Source: Bugula neritina (lineage: Eukaryota; Animalia; Bryozoa). Taken from it: a stretch of DNA of 64,000 nucleotides. Shown piece by piece: positions 59,914 to 64,000 of this stretch; position 1 is the first letter of the stretch, and the number at the start of each line of letters is the position of its first letter. The stretch covers positions 62,001 through 126,000 of the forward strand of contig OZ037768.1 of NCBI GenBank assembly GCA_964035545.1, in the 5' to 3' direction. A model generated the notes under the pieces. The model did not search any database. It had not been told where the DNA came from and saw nothing but the letters and a program-made list of their open reading frames with translations. Made by a program: the position numbers and the translations under genes.

Positions 59914-62900
59914 ATGACTGACTCTGATGTTTTGCCACTTCCTCTCACGGATGACGACGACTTTTTCTCAGATCTTAGTGGAGATGAAACGTATATCAAT
60001 ATGCGACGACCGATGGCGATTGGCAAAGGGAGCAAGCTGATAATTGATCATCAACCTGACCATGATCACAATATAAATATTAGTGTAGGAAACAGTATGA
60101 CTGTGCGCAACCATAATGATGCTGGTCATAGTGATATGCTTGCTACTCAAACAGTGAATGCATCAAATGTTATTTCATATGATAACCACAATGTTGGGTC
60201 ATTAGCTGGAAGGACTAATCCTTTCAGCTTCAGTACACCAAGGTCGCGGAATGTCAATGCGAATCACACTCACAGTGACAGTGCGAGGAATAGTCATAGT
60301 GATAGTGCTAGTCACACTCGAAGCGAAAATCATGATTCGGAAATTACGGTTGGGAGCCACAGAGACGAACATTCTCACACAAAATCCCAATCTGGTGTTT
60401 CTGGCAATGATTCTACTAGTAATTACTCTCATGTTCACAAGCAAACTAACTCTCACAGCTCTTCAAATAACAGTCACAGTGCGTCCACTGCAACATGGGA
60501 CCATTGCCATGTCCCCCTCAAGCCGAATGATAACACAGTTAGAAATCAACTGATAGTTATTTCAATTTTTACTACAGTGTTTGGAGTTGCGGAAACTGTA
60601 GGTAAGCATATTAAAACTTTCTTTTAAATCTAACAGTAACAGCTGGTATCAAATTTATTTTATGGACTTTAAGTTTATCACCCATCGATGACAATGATGA
60701 TCATCATCATGGCTGTTATTATTAGCTTATCATAAGACATGATGAATTAGGATCAGCATGATCGTGAGACTGAGTGAATTAGGATCAGCATGATCGTGGA
60801 ACTGGGTGAATTAAAATTTATTGGTGTATCTAATAACTTGTGTTATTCCTTAGGTACAACTTGGTCAAAACTTATTTCTCTTAGGATGACCTTCAACCTT
60901 ATTGCTAAAAACACGATAACCATTCGTGGGTATATGAGATTGGTTCTAATCAAATGAATTCAAACGGTACAGCCATGTTTTAAAATTTACTGATAGTTTA
61001 GAGCTATTTTTGTGGAAAGCTCGTGCCTCACAGGCCACTGTTGACTGTAGTGTTGATGGCTTTATTGTGAAAGCAGTTGTTTAATAGTAAGGCTAATTTG
61101 TTATGTAATCTTATACCATACATTTTACATTGTATTGTAGTAATTCAATAGCGGTCAAGCAATTGGTACTGGGTATGTAAAACCTTCTGCCTCCACCAGG
61201 AATCGAACCTGGAACCTCCAACTTTCCAGCTTAAGATAATTACCCTTTCAATTAATCGAATGGATCAGCAAATAATACAGTTTAATATTTTAGCTCACTG
61301 TTTACTAGGGTATCTCTATCAACTGCATCTAAACTAATTCACAAACTTCTCTCAAGTTACCTAACTCAAGTTACCTATCTCAAGTTACCTAACTCAAGTT
61401 ACCTAGCTCAAGTTGCCTATCTCAAGTTACCTATCTCAAGTTACCTATCTCAAGTTACCTAGCTCAAGTTGCCTATCTCAAGTTACCTAACTCAAGCTAC
61501 CTATCTCAAGTTACCTAACTCAAGCTACCTATCTCAAGTTACCTAACTCAAGTATTTCAGTTGTTGGGGTCTTGAAATAATGACAGCCAATGATTATATA
61601 CTCTGAAGATTTTGCAATTTTCTATTTGGGATCAACTGATCATACTAAAGTCTTTATCTAAATTCTAGTACAAAGTATAATGAAGTTAATTATATTTCAA
61701 TTTAGTGATATACTAATAAGCACTCCCACACGCAGGTAGAAATACTAAACTCTTATCAGTGTCCTTCGGCCAGCACTGATAGCAGATTCCGTGTGACCAA
61801 CAGCAGCTGTTGATCAGCTCCTATCAGCTGCTATCAGCTGCTACCAGCACTAATCTATTAACATAGCTCCATATAAACCCTACTGGGTGTGTGACATGTG
61901 TAAACACTAAACATAGCAGTGTTATATAACTATAGCTAGACATAGCAATATAGTATTGTGTTGTATAATATAGTATTGTATTGTATAATATTGTATAATA
62001 TTGTATACTGTCCACCCAGAGGCTGTATACTCTGGTAGCATAGTATAATATTGTATACTGTCCACCCAGGGGCTGTATACTCTGGTAGCATAGTATAATA
62101 TTGTATACTGTCCACCCAGGGGCTGTATACTCTGGTAGCATAGTATAATATTGTATACTGTCCACCCAGGGGCTGTATACTCTGGTAGCATAGTATAATA
62201 CTGTATACTGTCCACCCAGGGGCTGTATACTCTGGTAGCATAGTATAATACTGTATACTGTCCACCCAGGGGCTGTATACTCTGGTAGCATAGTATAATA
62301 TTGTATACTGTCCACCCAGGGGCTGTATACTCTGGTAGCATAGTATAATACTGTATACTGTCCACCCAGGGGCTGTATACTCTGGTAGCATAGTATAATA
62401 CTGTATACTGTCCACCCAGGGGCTGTATACTCTGGTAGCATAGTATAATATTGTATACTGTCCACCCAGGGGCTGTATACTCTGGTAGCATAGTATAATA
62501 CTGTATACTGTCCACCCAGGGGCTGTATACTCTGGTAGCATAGTATAATACTGTATACTGTCCACCCAGGGGCTGTATACTCTGGTAGCATAGTATAATA
62601 TTGTATACTGTCCACCCAGGGGCTGTATACTCTGGTAGCATAGTATAATATTGTATACTGTCCACCCAGGGGCTGTATACTCTGGTAGCATAGTATAATA
62701 TTGTATACTGTCCACCCAGGGGCTGTATACTCTGGTAGCATAGTATAATACTGTATACTGTCCACCCAGGGGCTGTATACTCTGGTAGCATAGTATAATA
62801 CTGTATACTGTCCACCCAGGGGCTGTATACTCTGGTAGCATAGTATAATATTGTATACTGTCCACCCAGGGGCTGTATACTCTGGTAGCATAGTATAATA

Positions 62901-63933
62901 CTGTATACTGTCCACCCAGGGGCTGTATACTCTGGTAGCATAGTATAATACTGTATACTGTCCACCCAGGGGCTGTATACTCTGGTAGCATAGTATAATA
63001 TTGTATACTGTCCACCCAGGGGCTGTATACTCTGGTAGCATAGTATAATATTGTATACTGTCCACCCAGGGGCTGTATACTCTGGTAGCATAGTATAATA
63101 TTGTATACTGTCCACCCAGGGGCTGTATACTCTGGTAGCATAGTATAATATTGTATACTGTCCACCCAGGGGCTGTATACTCTGGTAGCATAGTATAATA
63201 TTGTATACTGTCCACCCAGGGGCTGTATACTCTGGTAGCATAGTATAATATTGTATACTGTCCACCCAGGGGCTGTATACTCTGGTAGCATAGTATAATA
63301 TTGTATACTGTCCACCCAGGGGCTGTATACTCTGGTAGCATAGTATAATACTGTATACTGTCCACCCAGGGGCTGTATACTCTGGTAGCATAGCTATTGG
63401 CACAGATGTTATGCACTTGGCCAGTGACCTCCTCTCCTTTGTCATCAGTCTCATAGCAGTCTACCTGGCTAAGAAACCTCCCACTGCTAGATTTCCTTGG
63501 GGATTCCATAGAGCAGGTAACTCCTAACTACTAATATACCGTATTCACTATATTCACTGTCCCTAGCGTGTGGGAAGTAGCAGTATCTAGGTATGTTGTG
63601 TTACTTGATGTCTACAGCGAGACTATGTTGTGTTACTTGATGTCTACAGCGAGACTATGTTGTGTTACTTGATGTCTACAGCGAGACTATGTTGTGCTAC
63701 TTGATGTCTACAGCGAGACTATGTTGTGTTACTTGATGTCTACAGCGAGACTATGTTGTGCTACTTGTTTGTGCAGAGGTGCTTGGTGCCCTACTCAGTG
63801 TGTTTGTCATATGGGTGGTGACGGGCATACTCGTCTACCTGGCTGTGGAGAGGATCATCACTAAAGACTACGACAGTCTAGAACCTTCCACTATGCTCTA
63901 CACTTCTATAGCTGGTGTCATCTTCAACATTAT
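59914..63933 (+). CDS. SLC30A: SLC30/ZnT2-like cation diffusion facilitator (zinc transporter), 5' partial; continues beyond the window
   Basis: Exons 59914-60601, 63370-63516, 63777-63933 join in phase: ..FGVAETVG|AVYSGSIAIGTDVMHLASDLLSFVISLIAVYLAKKPPTARFPWGFHRA|EVLGALLSV. This has the TM2 HxxxD motif and the CDF signature GFHRAE. Confidence 0.92.
61188..61230 (-). pseudogene. tRNA-derived fragment (T-arm/B-box), possibly a SINE remnant
   Basis: Minus strand reads GGAGGTTCCAGGTTCGATTCCTGGTGGAGGCA: CCAGG/CCTGG stem around a TTCGATT loop. No 5' half is recognisable. Confidence 0.4.
61993..63393 (+). repeat. 50-bp array copying the ZnT exon 2 acceptor plus 24 exon nt, 28 copies
   Basis: Unit TATAATAYTGTATACTGTCCACCCAG|GGGCTGTATACTCTGGTAGCATAG; the last copy continues into exon 2. 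Confidence 0.96.
63592..63767. repeat. 32-bp intronic minisatellite, about 5 copies
   Basis: Unit TATGTTGTGTTACTTGATGTCTACAGCGAGAC; it ends about 9 nt before the acceptor at 63776. Confidence 0.9.
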
Positions 63934-64000
63934 GTGAGTCTATTATCCTCTTTCTAGTTTCTACTCTCTTTATACTCTCTACTCACTCTATACTCTCACT

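Noticed and set aside
61188-61230. Functional tRNA gene
   Set aside because: Only a T-arm and 3' acceptor-like strand are present; no D-arm or A-box is visible.
61824-63509. 460-561-aa minus-strand ORFs
   Set aside because: They are stop-free readings of a 50-bp repeat, antisense to a ZnT intron and exon, and open in all three frames.

Overview
Gene-dense, intron-rich animal DNA. It is clearly invertebrate; a lophotrochozoan such as a bryozoan is only my impression. I reconstructed eight spliced genes by hand from GT/GC-AG junctions and reading-frame phase: a Trk-family neurotrophin receptor (+), DSCC1 (-), ISPD/CRPPA (+), MON1 (-), a CD225/dispanin-family membrane protein (+), a collagen XV/XVIII multiplexin with an unexpected thyroglobulin type-1 exon (-), methylmalonyl-CoA mutase MMUT (-), and the 5' part of an SLC30/ZnT2-like zinc transporter (+). 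Almost all long ORFs in the ORF track are artefacts of tandem repeats. The main anomaly is that a large share of the introns are filled by a minisatellite whose unit is unique to that intron. In many cases the unit is a copy of the adjacent splice junction (acceptor plus exon start, or exon end plus donor), and in one case of the stop-codon region. This creates arrays of up to about 30 near-identical decoy splice sites. In some arrays only the exon-proximal copy keeps the frame open; in others the extra copies would add in-frame peptide repeats. All coordinates and copy numbers were counted by eye and should be confirmed with RNA-seq and a tandem-repeat finder.
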